From an uncultured Chloroflexia bacterium (GTDB lineage: Bacteria > Chloroflexota > Limnocylindria > Limnocylindrales > CSP1-4): a DNA stretch of 64,000 bases. The position numbers were made by a program, and so were the translations under genes. Of the stretch, positions 29,070-37,642 are shown in pieces (the first letter of the stretch is position 1; each line of letters starts with the position of its first letter). The DNA lies in NCBI GenBank assembly GCA_963714835.1, contig CAVQPX010000008.1:335519-399518 (forward strand), written 5' to 3'. Below the pieces are notes generated by a model. That model did no database searches. It saw only the letters and a program-made list of their open reading frames with translations, and was not told the DNA's origin.

Positions 29070-30325
29070 CCACGGAAGATCAGCGCGGTGTTCTGGCCAC
29101 CGAACCCGAACGAATTCGAGAGCACCGTGGTCACCGGACGGTGGGCCGGACGATCCGGGGTCAGGTCCATCCCCTCGGCGGCCGGGTCCGCGTCGACGAG
29201 ATTGATCGTGGGCGGGATCGTCCCGGTGCGGATCGTCTGGATCGACACGATGGCTTCGATCGCACCCGCCGCGCCCAGCGTGTGGCCGACCATCGACTTG
29301 TTCGCGGTCACCGGGACCTCGCCGGCTCGATCGCCGAGGATCGTCCGGATCGCGGCCAGTTCCGCCCTGTCGCCTTCGGGCGTGGAGGTCGCATGGGCGT
29401 TCACGTGGTCGATGACGCCGGGATCGAGGCCGGCCTTCTCGAGCGCCCGCCGAGCGGCGCGCACGGCGCCGATCCCGCCCGGGGCGGGCAACGTGATGTG
29501 CGACGCATCGGCCGTCGCGCCGTAGCCGACGACCTCGGCCAACGGCTCCGCGCCGCGCGAGAGGGCGTGCTCGAGCTCCTCGAGGACCAGGACGCCGGCC
29601 CCTTCGCCGATGACGAAGCCATCGCGGCCGGTATCGAACGGGCGCGAAGCGGTCGCCGCGTCGTCGTTCCGCGTGGAGAGCGCGCGCATCGCCGCGAACC
29701 CGCCGACGAGCGCCTCGTGCATCGGCGCTTCGGCTCCCCCGGCGATCATCACGTCCGCGTCATCGCGACGGATCGTCTCGTAGGCCTCGCCGATCGCGTG
29801 ACCACCGGTCGCGCAGGCCGACACGGTCGTGAAGTTCGGCCCAAGGGGACCGAAGGCGATCGCGATCTGCCCGGCTCCCACGTTGGCGATGCTCATCGGC
29901 ACGAAGAACGGGCTGAGCCGATCCGGACCGCGCTCGGCGAAGGTCATCATGTTGTCGAACATCGTCGTGACGCCGCCGATCCCCGTCCCGAGGATCACCC
30001 CGGTCCGCTCGGCGAGGACACCGTCCATCCGCTCCGGGAGCCCGGCCTGGTCGAGGGCCTCGCGGCTGGCGACGAGCCCGAACTGGATGTAGCGATCGGT
30101 ACGGCGCATGTCCTTGCGGTCGAGGACGCCGCTGGCGTCGAAATCACGCACTTCGCCGGCCATCCGGGAGGCGATCCGCGATGGATCGAACGCCTCGATC
30201 CGACGGATGCCGGAGCGCCCCGACACGAAGCCGTCCCATGATGTCGCCACGTCGTTGCCGAGCGCGGTGAGCATCCCCATCCCGGTGACCACGACACGGC
30301 GCGGGCCCGATCCGTTGCCGGTCAT
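29057..30325 (-). CDS. fabF: 3-oxoacyl-[ACP] synthase II (FabF)
   Basis: MTGNGSGPRRVVVTGMGMLTALG... with KAS active site TVSACATGGHAIG, NAHATSTPEGD and GHTLGAAGAIE. Start 30325 overlaps the upstream stop (ATGA). Confidence 0.85.
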   Translation of the reverse strand: MTGNGSGPRRVVVTGMGMLTALGNDVATSWDGFVSGRSGIRRIEAFDPSRIASRMAGEVRDFDASGVLDRKDMRRTDRYIQFGLVASREALDQAGLPERMDGVLAERTGVILGTGIGGVTTMFDNMMTFAERGPDRLSPFFVPMSIANVGAGQIAIAFGPLGPNFTTVSACATGGHAIGEAYETIRRDDADVMIAGGAEAPMHEALVGGFAAMRALSTRNDDAATASRPFDTGRDGFVIGEGAGVLVLEELEHALSRGAEPLAEVVGYGATADASHITLPAPGGIGAVRAARRALEKAGLDPGVIDHVNAHATSTPEGDRAELAAIRTILGDRAGEVPVTANKSMVGHTLGAAGAIEAIVSIQTIRTGTIPPTINLVDADPAAEGMDLTPDRPAHRPVTTVLSNSFGFGGQNTALIFRGWAG

Positions 30326-31068
30326 CGCACGTTCTTTCCCGTGCGAACCGTCGCCGCGCGGTACACATCGCCCGGGAGCCCCCGCACCGAGATCGCGTTC
30401 GAGACGACCATCGCGTCGTACTCCGTGCGGCGGATCTCGGCCTCGACGGCCGTGCCGTTCTGCGTGATCAGCGCCCACGAGGCGGTCGGGTCGCCATCGA
30501 ACACATAGCCGGCGCTCCCGGCATTGACGATCATCTTCCAGCCGAAGTCGCGGACTTCGGGGATGTGGGTGTGGCCGCAGGCGACGACGCGCGCATCGGT
30601 GCGCGAGAGGCGTTCGACGGTGACGCTCACGTCGAGTGACTGGTCGAACCCGGCCGTCTGCGATCCCGGAGACGCGTGGGTCACAAGCGACATCGTGTCC
30701 TCGGCACGGAGGCGCCGCTCCGCGGGGAGTCGACGCAGCCAGTCGATGCGCTCGGCGCCGAGCGCATCGTGGGCCCATTCGGCGGCGGCGGCGAACGTGT
30801 CGGGCACACCGTCGCTCATCCACGGAAAGGCGGCCGCGTAGTCGAAGTCGGCCACGGCGATATCGGTATTGCCCTGGACGACGAACGCCCCGTCGTCCTC
30901 GAGCTCGCGGATCGCATCGACCGTCTCGGCCGGTGCGGGTCCGTTCATCACGAGGTCGCCGGCGATGAAGATCGCGTCGGGCTTCTCCCGCTTCACGGCG
31001 GCACGGACGGCCTCGAGGGCGACGGCATTGCCGTGCACGTCCGAGATCACCGCGATCCGGAAGCTCAT
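30322..31068 (-). CDS. calcineurin-like metallophosphoesterase (YfcE/MPP-like)
   Basis: RIAVISDVHGN, IFIAGDLV, ACGHTHIP motifs. ATGA overlaps on both sides, so it is embedded in the fab/acc operon. Confidence 0.7.
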   Translation of the reverse strand: MSFRIAVISDVHGNAVALEAVRAAVKREKPDAIFIAGDLVMNGPAPAETVDAIRELEDDGAFVVQGNTDIAVADFDYAAAFPWMSDGVPDTFAAAAEWAHDALGAERIDWLRRLPAERRLRAEDTMSLVTHASPGSQTAGFDQSLDVSVTVERLSRTDARVVACGHTHIPEVRDFGWKMIVNAGSAGYVFDGDPTASWALITQNGTAVEAEIRRTEYDAMVVSNAISVRGLPGDVYRAATVRTGKNVR

Positions 31069-31523
31069 CGCAGGACCCCTTCGCCCGGGATGACGAAGCT
31101 GATCGACGCCTCACACGCCGTCTCGCCGTCCACCGAAGCGACGGCCCGGCCGCGACCGAAGCGGCTCCCAAGTTTCTCCATCGTGACCTCGAGGCGCAGC
31201 GTGTCGCCTGGTCGGACGATCCGCTTGAAGCGCGCCTCGTCGATCCCGGCGAACAGGCCGATGCGATCCCCGAATCCCGGCTGCTTCGCGACGTAGACGG
31301 CCATCGTCTGGGCAAGCGCTTCCACCTGGAGCACGCCGGGCATCACGGGCAACCCGGGGAAGTGGCCCTGGAAGAACCACTCGCTGGCGGTGACCCCCTT
31401 GATCCCGACGATCCGTTTCGCGTCCGGGTCGTACTCGACGATCCGGTCGACGAGCAGGAAGGGCCAGCGGTGCGGGATCAGCCCTTCGATCTCGCTCGTC
31501 GTATGCACGATGGCGTCGGTCAC
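31065..31523 (-). CDS. fabZ: 3-hydroxyacyl-[ACP] dehydratase FabZ
   Basis: GTG start after GGAGGAG. IPHRWPFLLVDRIVEY...QGHFPGLPVMPGVLQVEALAQ hot-dog fold; 152 aa. Confidence 0.8.
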   Translation of the reverse strand: MTDAIVHTTSEIEGLIPHRWPFLLVDRIVEYDPDAKRIVGIKGVTASEWFFQGHFPGLPVMPGVLQVEALAQTMAVYVAKQPGFGDRIGLFAGIDEARFKRIVRPGDTLRLEVTMEKLGSRFGRGRAVASVDGETACEASISFVIPGEGVLR

Positions 31524-31543
31524 GAGCTCCTCCGGTCGGGGGT

Positions 31544-32920
31544 TCAGGAAGCGGAGCGGGCGGCGGCCGCGATGAACGCGGAGCTGCCGACGCGATCCAG
31601 CAGGTTGGTCGTCATCCGGCCCTCGAGGAACGTGTCGCTCGCGAGCAGGGCGAGGTGGATGGGGACGTTCGTGACGAGTCCCTCGAGGAGCAGTTCGTCG
31701 AGGGCGACCTTCGAGCGGGCGATCGCCGTCTCGCGATCGGGACCCCAGACGATGAGCTTGCCGAGGAGCGAGTCGTAGTACGGCGGGACCTCGTAGCCGG
31801 GATAGAGGTGCGAGTCCATCCGCACGCCGGGACCGGCGGGCGCGAGATAGCGCTCGATGATTCCGGCACCCGGGCGGAAGTCGTTGTCGGCGTCCTCGGC
31901 GTTGATCCGGAACTCGATGGCGTGGCCGCGCATCGCGATGTCGGCCTGGGTGATCCCGAGCGGCTCGCCGGCGGCGATCCGGAGCTGCGTCGAAACGAGA
32001 TCCACCCCGGTCAGCATCTCGGTCACCGGGTGCTCCACCTGGATCCGGCAGTTGATCTCGATGAAGTAGAAGTTGCCGTCCCCATCGACGAGGAACTCCA
32101 GCGTCCCGACGTTCTCGTACCCCGCCGCCACGACCGCCCGGATGGCGCGTTCGGCGAGCTCGGTGCGGGCGGCGGGCGAGAGGGCGAGCGTGGGCGACTC
32201 TTCGAGGATCTTCTGGTGGCGGCGCTGGACGGAGCAGTCGCGCTCGCCGAGGTGAACGCCGTGCCCGTAGCGGTCGACGGCCACCTGGACCTCGACGTGG
32301 CGCGTGTCCTCCAGCCACTTCTCGAGATAGAGCGAGTCATCGCCGAACGCGGCCTTCGCCTCCGAGCGAGCGACCTTGATCGCAGATTCGAGCTCCCGGG
32401 GAGAGCGGACCATCCGCATCCCCTTGCCGCCGCCGCCCGCCGACGGCTTGATGAGGACCGGGTAGCCGATCCGCTCGGCCTCCTCGAGGGCATGGGCGTC
32501 GTCGCGCAGCATCCCGGGCGATCCCGGGATCGTGGGCAGGCCGTGCTGGCCGAGCAGCTGGCGCGTGCCGGCCTTGCTCGCGAACCGCTCGAGGACTTCC
32601 GGGGGCGGTCCCACGAAGGTGAGGTCGTGTGCACGGACGACCTCGGCGAAAGTGTCGTCCTCCGACAGGAAGCCGTATCCGGGATGGATCGCCTCGCAGC
32701 CCGTGACGACGGCGGCCGAGATCACCGCGGGCACCGACAGATACGACCGCTTCGCTTCGGCCGGGCCGATGCAGATCGCCTCGTCGGCCAGCTGGACGGG
32801 CAGGCTATCGCGGTCCGCCTCGCTGTAGGCGACCACGGCCTCGATCCCGAGCGTCCGGCACGCGCGCAGGATGCGCAGGGCGATCTCGCCGCGATTGGCG
32901 ATGAGGACCTTGCTGAACAT
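31544..32920 (-). CDS. accC: acetyl-CoA carboxylase biotin carboxylase subunit
   Basis: MFSKVLIANRGEIALRILRACRTLGIEAVVAYSE...; ATP-grasp; 458 aa. Confidence 0.9.
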   Translation of the reverse strand: MFSKVLIANRGEIALRILRACRTLGIEAVVAYSEADRDSLPVQLADEAICIGPAEAKRSYLSVPAVISAAVVTGCEAIHPGYGFLSEDDTFAEVVRAHDLTFVGPPPEVLERFASKAGTRQLLGQHGLPTIPGSPGMLRDDAHALEEAERIGYPVLIKPSAGGGGKGMRMVRSPRELESAIKVARSEAKAAFGDDSLYLEKWLEDTRHVEVQVAVDRYGHGVHLGERDCSVQRRHQKILEESPTLALSPAARTELAERAIRAVVAAGYENVGTLEFLVDGDGNFYFIEINCRIQVEHPVTEMLTGVDLVSTQLRIAAGEPLGITQADIAMRGHAIEFRINAEDADNDFRPGAGIIERYLAPAGPGVRMDSHLYPGYEVPPYYDSLLGKLIVWGPDRETAIARSKVALDELLLEGLVTNVPIHLALLASDTFLEGRMTTNLLDRVGSSAFIAAAARSAS

Positions 32921-33594
32921 CAGGACGCCTTGCCCGTGTCGGGTCCGCCGCCGGGTCCGGTCAACTCGATCCGGAGCAGCTCCTGCCCGTACTCCACGGC
33001 ATGTCCGGCCTCCACGAGCGGCATCCCGATCAGGCCGTCTGCGGGCGCGACGACTTCCTGCGGGATCCCGAGGACATCCACCACCCCCAGGCGTTCGCCT
33101 CCGCGTACGGCGATCCCCGGCCGGAGGTCGGCGCGCGGCTGGAAGATCCCGACCGCCGGCGATGTCGCGACCGTCCCGCCGGGCAGCAGGGCCTCGTCAT
33201 CGGGCCAGCGCCCATCGGAAACGTCATCCAGGGGTCCCGGCGACGAGCCGTTCGTGGCAGCCGTCCCGCCCGGCGTCGCGGGCGAACCGAGGCGCGAGCC
33301 CCGGTGCCCCTCGAGCGCACCGGGCGCATGGCCGTGACCGACGTGGCCGGGTTGCGATCGTGCCGGACCGTCGCTGGGGCGGCGTCCGGCGGACGCCGGG
33401 ACCGCGGGCCGCCGGACGCGCAACATCCAGCCCTCTTCGCGGAGCTCCACTTCCCCGAGGCCGGTCGCCGCGAGGCGCGCGACGAGCCCCGGCAGGACGT
33501 CGGTGGTCAGGCGCTCGAGTTCGGCGTGGTCGGCAGCCCGCTCCTCTGGAGAACGGCGCGGGTCCATGCGGCGGGCGGCGTTTCGCTCGGCCAT
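32920..33594 (-). CDS. BCCP-like biotin/lipoyl-attachment-domain protein lacking the biotinyl lysine (BADC-like paralog)
   Basis: The N-terminal region parallels accB. The C-terminal hybrid-motif domain reads GVVDVLGIPQEVVAPADGLIGMPLVEAGHAVEYGQELLRIEL, with DVLGI where EAMKM is expected. Strong RBS GGGAGGAGG. ATGA overlap with accC. Confidence 0.6.
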   Translation of the reverse strand: MAERNAARRMDPRRSPEERAADHAELERLTTDVLPGLVARLAATGLGEVELREEGWMLRVRRPAVPASAGRRPSDGPARSQPGHVGHGHAPGALEGHRGSRLGSPATPGGTAATNGSSPGPLDDVSDGRWPDDEALLPGGTVATSPAVGIFQPRADLRPGIAVRGGERLGVVDVLGIPQEVVAPADGLIGMPLVEAGHAVEYGQELLRIELTGPGGGPDTGKAS

Positions 33595-33597
33595 CGA

Positions 33598-34620
33598 CTA
33601 CACCTCCTCCCGTGCGGGCGGCTCGTCACGGCCACGGCCGGATCCCGGGACCGGGACCCCGCCCGGCCATCGCGCCGGATCGAGCAGATCGCGGAACCGA
33701 TCGACCAGGCCACGGCTGGGTGGCAGGGCGACGGGCGCCTCGTTGACCTCAGTGTAGGCGCCCATCGACCGGTAGCGCCGGTAGCGCGCCTCCACCAGCT
33801 CGTCAGGTGAGATGGCCGTCAATCGGTCGAGCTGCTCGACGATCACTCGTCGCAGTCGCCGGGCCGTCTCGGCGTGATCGCTGTGAGCACCTTCCCCGGG
33901 CTCCGCGACGACGACGTCCACGACGCCGAGTTCGCGCTGGTCGGCGGCCGTCATCTTCATCGCGAGCGCCGCCGTCGGGGCCTCGTCGCTCGTCCGCCAC
34001 AGGATCGCGGCGCAGCCTTCGGGACTGATGACGCTGTACACGGCGTTCTCGAGCGCGATGACGACGTCGCCCACCGCGATCGCGATGGCGCCCCCGGAGC
34101 CACCTTCGCCTGTGATCACCGAGACGATCGGGGTCCGGATCCGGCTCATCAGGGCGATCGAGCGGGCGATCGCCTCGGCGATCCCGCGCTCCTCCGATTC
34201 GGGGCCCGGGTGCGCGCCCGGGACGTCGACGAACGTCACGACCGGCAACCGGAAGCGCTCGGCGAGCTCCATCGCGCGGATCGCCTTGCGGTACCCCTCG
34301 GGATGGGGCATCCCGAAGTTGCGCCGGATGTTCTCGTCGGTGTCGACGCCCTTCTGCTGGCCGATGACGACGAAGCGGCGGTCCTCGATCCGGGCCAGGC
34401 CCGCCACCATCGCCCGGTCGTCACCGAAGGCGCGGTCGCCGTGCAGCTCGATGAACTCGTCGGCGATCTCGGCAAGGAACTCGAGGATGCGCGGCCGTCG
34501 CTGGTTGCGAGCGAGCTGGACGCGTGCCCACACGGCAGCCTTCGGATCGGCGGGCGGGGAAGCCGGTGCGGAGGGGCTGCTCGCACCGTCGCGGCCGCGG
34601 CCCAGGAACCGGTCAACCAC
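33598..34620 (-). CDS. accA: acetyl-CoA carboxylase carboxyltransferase alpha subunit
   Basis: GTG start at 34620 after GAGAGGAGGAT. Aligns to E. coli AccA (LAEIADEFIELHGDRAFGDDRAMVAG...FGMPHPEGYRKAIRAMELAERFRLPVVTFVDVPGAHPG...VITGEGGSGGAIA). Confidence 0.8.
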   Translation of the reverse strand: MVDRFLGRGRDGASSPSAPASPPADPKAAVWARVQLARNQRRPRILEFLAEIADEFIELHGDRAFGDDRAMVAGLARIEDRRFVVIGQQKGVDTDENIRRNFGMPHPEGYRKAIRAMELAERFRLPVVTFVDVPGAHPGPESEERGIAEAIARSIALMSRIRTPIVSVITGEGGSGGAIAIAVGDVVIALENAVYSVISPEGCAAILWRTSDEAPTAALAMKMTAADQRELGVVDVVVAEPGEGAHSDHAETARRLRRVIVEQLDRLTAISPDELVEARYRRYRSMGAYTEVNEAPVALPPSRGLVDRFRDLLDPARWPGGVPVPGSGRGRDEPPAREEV

Positions 34621-35590
34621 GGCGATCCTCCTCTCGTTCGGAGGCCGGCGACGTGGCGGGGACGGGATCCGGTTCACCGATCATCCGATCCGCCAGCGAC
34701 GAGAGGAACGACATCGGACGGAAGAGCGCAGCCCCGTCGTTCGCCGTGCTCGGCCCGAGTGGCGCGGGCACGAGGAACCGCAACAGCGACGCGATCTCGG
34801 CACGGACGTCGGACCGATGCACCACCCGGTCCACGAACCCGTGCTCGAACAGGAACTCGGCGCGCTGGAATCCCGGCGGGAGCTCCTGGGCGATGGTCCC
34901 GGCATTCACCCGGGCCCCGGCGAAGCCGATGAGGGCGTTCGGTTCGGCGAGGTTGATGTCGCCGAGCACGGCATAGGACGCGAAGACGCCCCCGGTGGTC
35001 GGGTCCGTCATCAGGCTGATGTACGGCAGTCCGGCCGCCTTCACGCGCTCGAGCGCCGCAACGGTCTTCGCGAGCTGCATGAGCGCCAGCGTGCCCTCCT
35101 GCATCCGGGCGCCGCCCGAAGCGGAGACGATGAGCAGCGGCATGCGCTCGGCGACCGCGTCCTCGGCGGCACGCGCGACCTTCTCGCCGACGACGGCCCC
35201 CATCGAGCCGCCCATGAACGCGAAGTCCATGACGCACATCGACAGCCAGGCGCCTTCCACGGTGCCGACACCGCGGACGGCGGCGTCGCGCATGCCCGTG
35301 GCCAGCTGGGCGGCGACCAATCGGTCGGGATACGGTTTCTGGTCCACGAACCCCAGGGCATCGACGCTCTGGAGGCCGGCGTCGCGCTCGCTGAACGTCC
35401 CCGGATCCACGATCAGGTCGATCCGCGACGCCGCGGAGAGCCGGAAATGGTGATCACACGACGGGCACACCCGATCGGCCTTGTCGAGCTGCTTGTTGAA
35501 CAGCATCTCCTCGCACCCGGGGCAGCGCGTCCAGAGGTCTGGCGGATAGGCGTCCTTGCGCGGCCGGAACGACGGGAGCTTGATCGGCAT
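34613..35590 (-). CDS. accD: acetyl-CoA carboxylase carboxyltransferase beta subunit (N-terminal Zn finger)
   Basis: Start MPIKLPSFRPRK... (ATG 35590, GAGGAT RBS). Zn ribbon CPGCEEMLFNKQLDKADRVCPSCDHHF; MDFAFMGGSMG crotonase-fold motif. Confidence 0.85.
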   Translation of the reverse strand: MPIKLPSFRPRKDAYPPDLWTRCPGCEEMLFNKQLDKADRVCPSCDHHFRLSAASRIDLIVDPGTFSERDAGLQSVDALGFVDQKPYPDRLVAAQLATGMRDAAVRGVGTVEGAWLSMCVMDFAFMGGSMGAVVGEKVARAAEDAVAERMPLLIVSASGGARMQEGTLALMQLAKTVAALERVKAAGLPYISLMTDPTTGGVFASYAVLGDINLAEPNALIGFAGARVNAGTIAQELPPGFQRAEFLFEHGFVDRVVHRSDVRAEIASLLRFLVPAPLGPSTANDGAALFRPMSFLSSLADRMIGEPDPVPATSPASEREEDRRG

Positions 35591-35591
35591 G

Positions 35592-36110
35592 TCAGTCGAT
35601 CCTCGGCCGTCCGGCATTCACCGCGCGCACGGCGCGCGCCATCGGCGAAGCGGACGGATGGGATCGCCGCCACGCGACCCACGCCACGCCCGCGAGCGAC
35701 AGCGCGGCCGAGGTGATCGCGCCGCCGAGAAGCAAGGGACGCCCGGCGCGGCGCGGATCGGGGTCGTCGTAGACGCCGTCGAAGGCATCGTCCACGTCGA
35801 TGAGGTCGACAATCGGGTCGAGTCCTCCCAGCGGGATGAGGACCCCTTCGGCCCCCGCGGCGGCCGGCATCCGGAGCGTCGTCGCGAGATCGGCCAGGCG
35901 GCCGGCGAGGCGCTCCTCGAAGCGGAACGACGGGTGGAATCGTGGCAGACCGCGCCCGAGCGTCTCCGCCGCGATGCGGACCCCCTCGTCGAGTGCCGCG
36001 CGGATCCGCTGGTCGGGGCCGGTCGGCGCGTGACCGGCCAGCAGCGACTCGAGGTATCGATCCGTGACGAGCGCCTCGATCTCGACGCCGTCGCGGGCGA
36101 GGAACGTCAC
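35592..36110 (-). CDS. putative anti-sigma factor / single-pass membrane protein cotranscribed with the ECF sigma
   Basis: GTG start overlaps the sigma stop (GTGA). One TM segment (LLLGGAITSAALSLAGVAWVAW). No zf-HC2 motif was seen, so the anti-sigma role is inferred from position. Confidence 0.45.
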   Translation of the reverse strand: MTFLARDGVEIEALVTDRYLESLLAGHAPTGPDQRIRAALDEGVRIAAETLGRGLPRFHPSFRFEERLAGRLADLATTLRMPAAAGAEGVLIPLGGLDPIVDLIDVDDAFDGVYDDPDPRRAGRPLLLGGAITSAALSLAGVAWVAWRRSHPSASPMARAVRAVNAGRPRID

Positions 36111-36733
36111 TTACCCCGGCTCCGCAGGTCGCGCGCGACCGAGCGCAGTGCCCGGTGGATGAGGACCCGGATCGCCCCTTCGGATCGACCCATCACGCCG
36201 GCGATCTCGGCGGTGCTCATCTCGTCGACGAAGCGCAGGATCACCGCGCGGCGACGGTCCATCGGCAGGTGCCCGACGGCGCGCCACGCAGCTGCGCCCT
36301 CTTCCCGGCGAACGACGTCGCCCTCGATGTCAAGCGGGTCGGCGACGAAGCCCGCGGTCTCGAGCGGCGAGGTGGGGTTGCGACGGGCGGACCGGCGCTG
36401 ATTGGCGATCGCGTTGCGGGCGATCCGGAACAGCCACACGCGAAACGTCGAGACGCCATCGCCGTCGGCCGGGCGGGCCCGGTCCTCGAAGCGATGCAGG
36501 TTGGCGAGCGCCGACAGGAACGTCCGTTCCGTGGCGTCCTCCGCGGCATGGTGATCGCCGAGCTCGTAGTACGCGAAGCTATACACCTGCGCCAGGTACC
36601 TGCGATAGAGGGCGTCGAATCGCGCCGGATCCCTGCGGGCCGCCTCGACGAGCGCGAGATCGCGATCGAGGTGGGCGAGCCGCGGTGCGACCTTCTCGGC
36701 CGCGCCTACCCTCCTCAACACCGGACGAGCCAT
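36107..36733 (-). CDS. ECF-type RNA polymerase sigma-70 factor
   Basis: Start MARPVLRR at 36733. Sigma-2 region: DALYRRYLAQVYSFAYYELGDHHAAEDATERTFLSALANLHRFED. Sigma-4 region: RAVILRFVDEMSTAEIAGVMGRSEGAIRVLIHRALRSVAR. Confidence 0.8.
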   Translation of the reverse strand: MARPVLRRVGAAEKVAPRLAHLDRDLALVEAARRDPARFDALYRRYLAQVYSFAYYELGDHHAAEDATERTFLSALANLHRFEDRARPADGDGVSTFRVWLFRIARNAIANQRRSARRNPTSPLETAGFVADPLDIEGDVVRREEGAAAWRAVGHLPMDRRRAVILRFVDEMSTAEIAGVMGRSEGAIRVLIHRALRSVARDLRSRGK

Positions 36734-36737
36734 GTCG

Positions 36738-37637
36738 TTACACCCCCACCCGGAGATGGGTGATCTCGCCCGAGAGCACCGAGCGCTCGCCGCTCGGGTG
36801 ATCCGGGTCGGCGACGACGATCGCGCCCGAGATCGGGTCCACGCCCAGGGCCCGGACCGATTCGACACCGCGGTCGGCGCTCTCGAGCCGCACGATCCGC
36901 CCGGTCGTGATCTGGCGGTCGGTCCAGTCGGCGACATCGAACCGCCCGCCACGCAGCGCTCCGGTGCGCACCTCGAGCCGCCCGAGGAACGCGTCGAGGA
37001 GGAAGGCGAGGTCGACGGGACGGCCACCCGACGCCGCGTTGAGCGACGTCATCGTGTCGACCAGGTCGGCGGGAAATGCGTCGGCGGGCCAGCCCGCGTT
37101 CGTCCCGATGCCGACCACGGCGATCGGGTCCTCGCCACCCAGGCCATCCGTCTCGCCGAGCAGCCCGGCGAGCTTGCGCACCTCGCGAGGCGGCTCGCCG
37201 GCCGTGACCGGGCCGACCGCCGCGCGTCCCTCGATCGTCTCCACCACCAGGTCGTTGGGCCACTTGAGGCGGATCGCGCGATCGGGCAGACCGGCCACCT
37301 CCTCGGCGGCATCAGCCATCGCGAGGGCCGTGATCGCCGCCAACTGCCAGACTCGATCCGGCGCGAGCCAGCCGGGGCGGAACCCGAGGGACAGGAGCAG
37401 GGCGCTGCCCGGCGGCGCGACCCACCGGCGTCCCGAGCGGCCGCGACCGGCGGTCTGCTCGTCGGCCACGGCGAGACAGACCTCGGGGGTGCCTGCGGCC
37501 AGCCACGAGCGGACGATGTCGTTCGTGGAGCCGGTCGAATCGAAGCGCTCCTGTCGAGAGAGGAACGACCCACCCCTGGCAGCTCCCGCCGCGTCGAGGG
37601 TCGGCGCTGTCGGGCCGGGACCGGGCGGCGAACTCAC
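36738..37637 (-). CDS. birA: biotin--[acetyl-CoA-carboxylase] ligase (group I BirA, no DNA-binding domain)
   Basis: FDSTGSTNDIVRSW and QTAGRGRSGRRWVAPPGSALLLSL (GRGRxGRxW signature). Confidence 0.75.
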   Translation of the reverse strand: MSSPPGPGPTAPTLDAAGAARGGSFLSRQERFDSTGSTNDIVRSWLAAGTPEVCLAVADEQTAGRGRSGRRWVAPPGSALLLSLGFRPGWLAPDRVWQLAAITALAMADAAEEVAGLPDRAIRLKWPNDLVVETIEGRAAVGPVTAGEPPREVRKLAGLLGETDGLGGEDPIAVVGIGTNAGWPADAFPADLVDTMTSLNAASGGRPVDLAFLLDAFLGRLEVRTGALRGGRFDVADWTDRQITTGRIVRLESADRGVESVRALGVDPISGAIVVADPDHPSGERSVLSGEITHLRVGV

Positions 37638-37642
37638 GAGAT

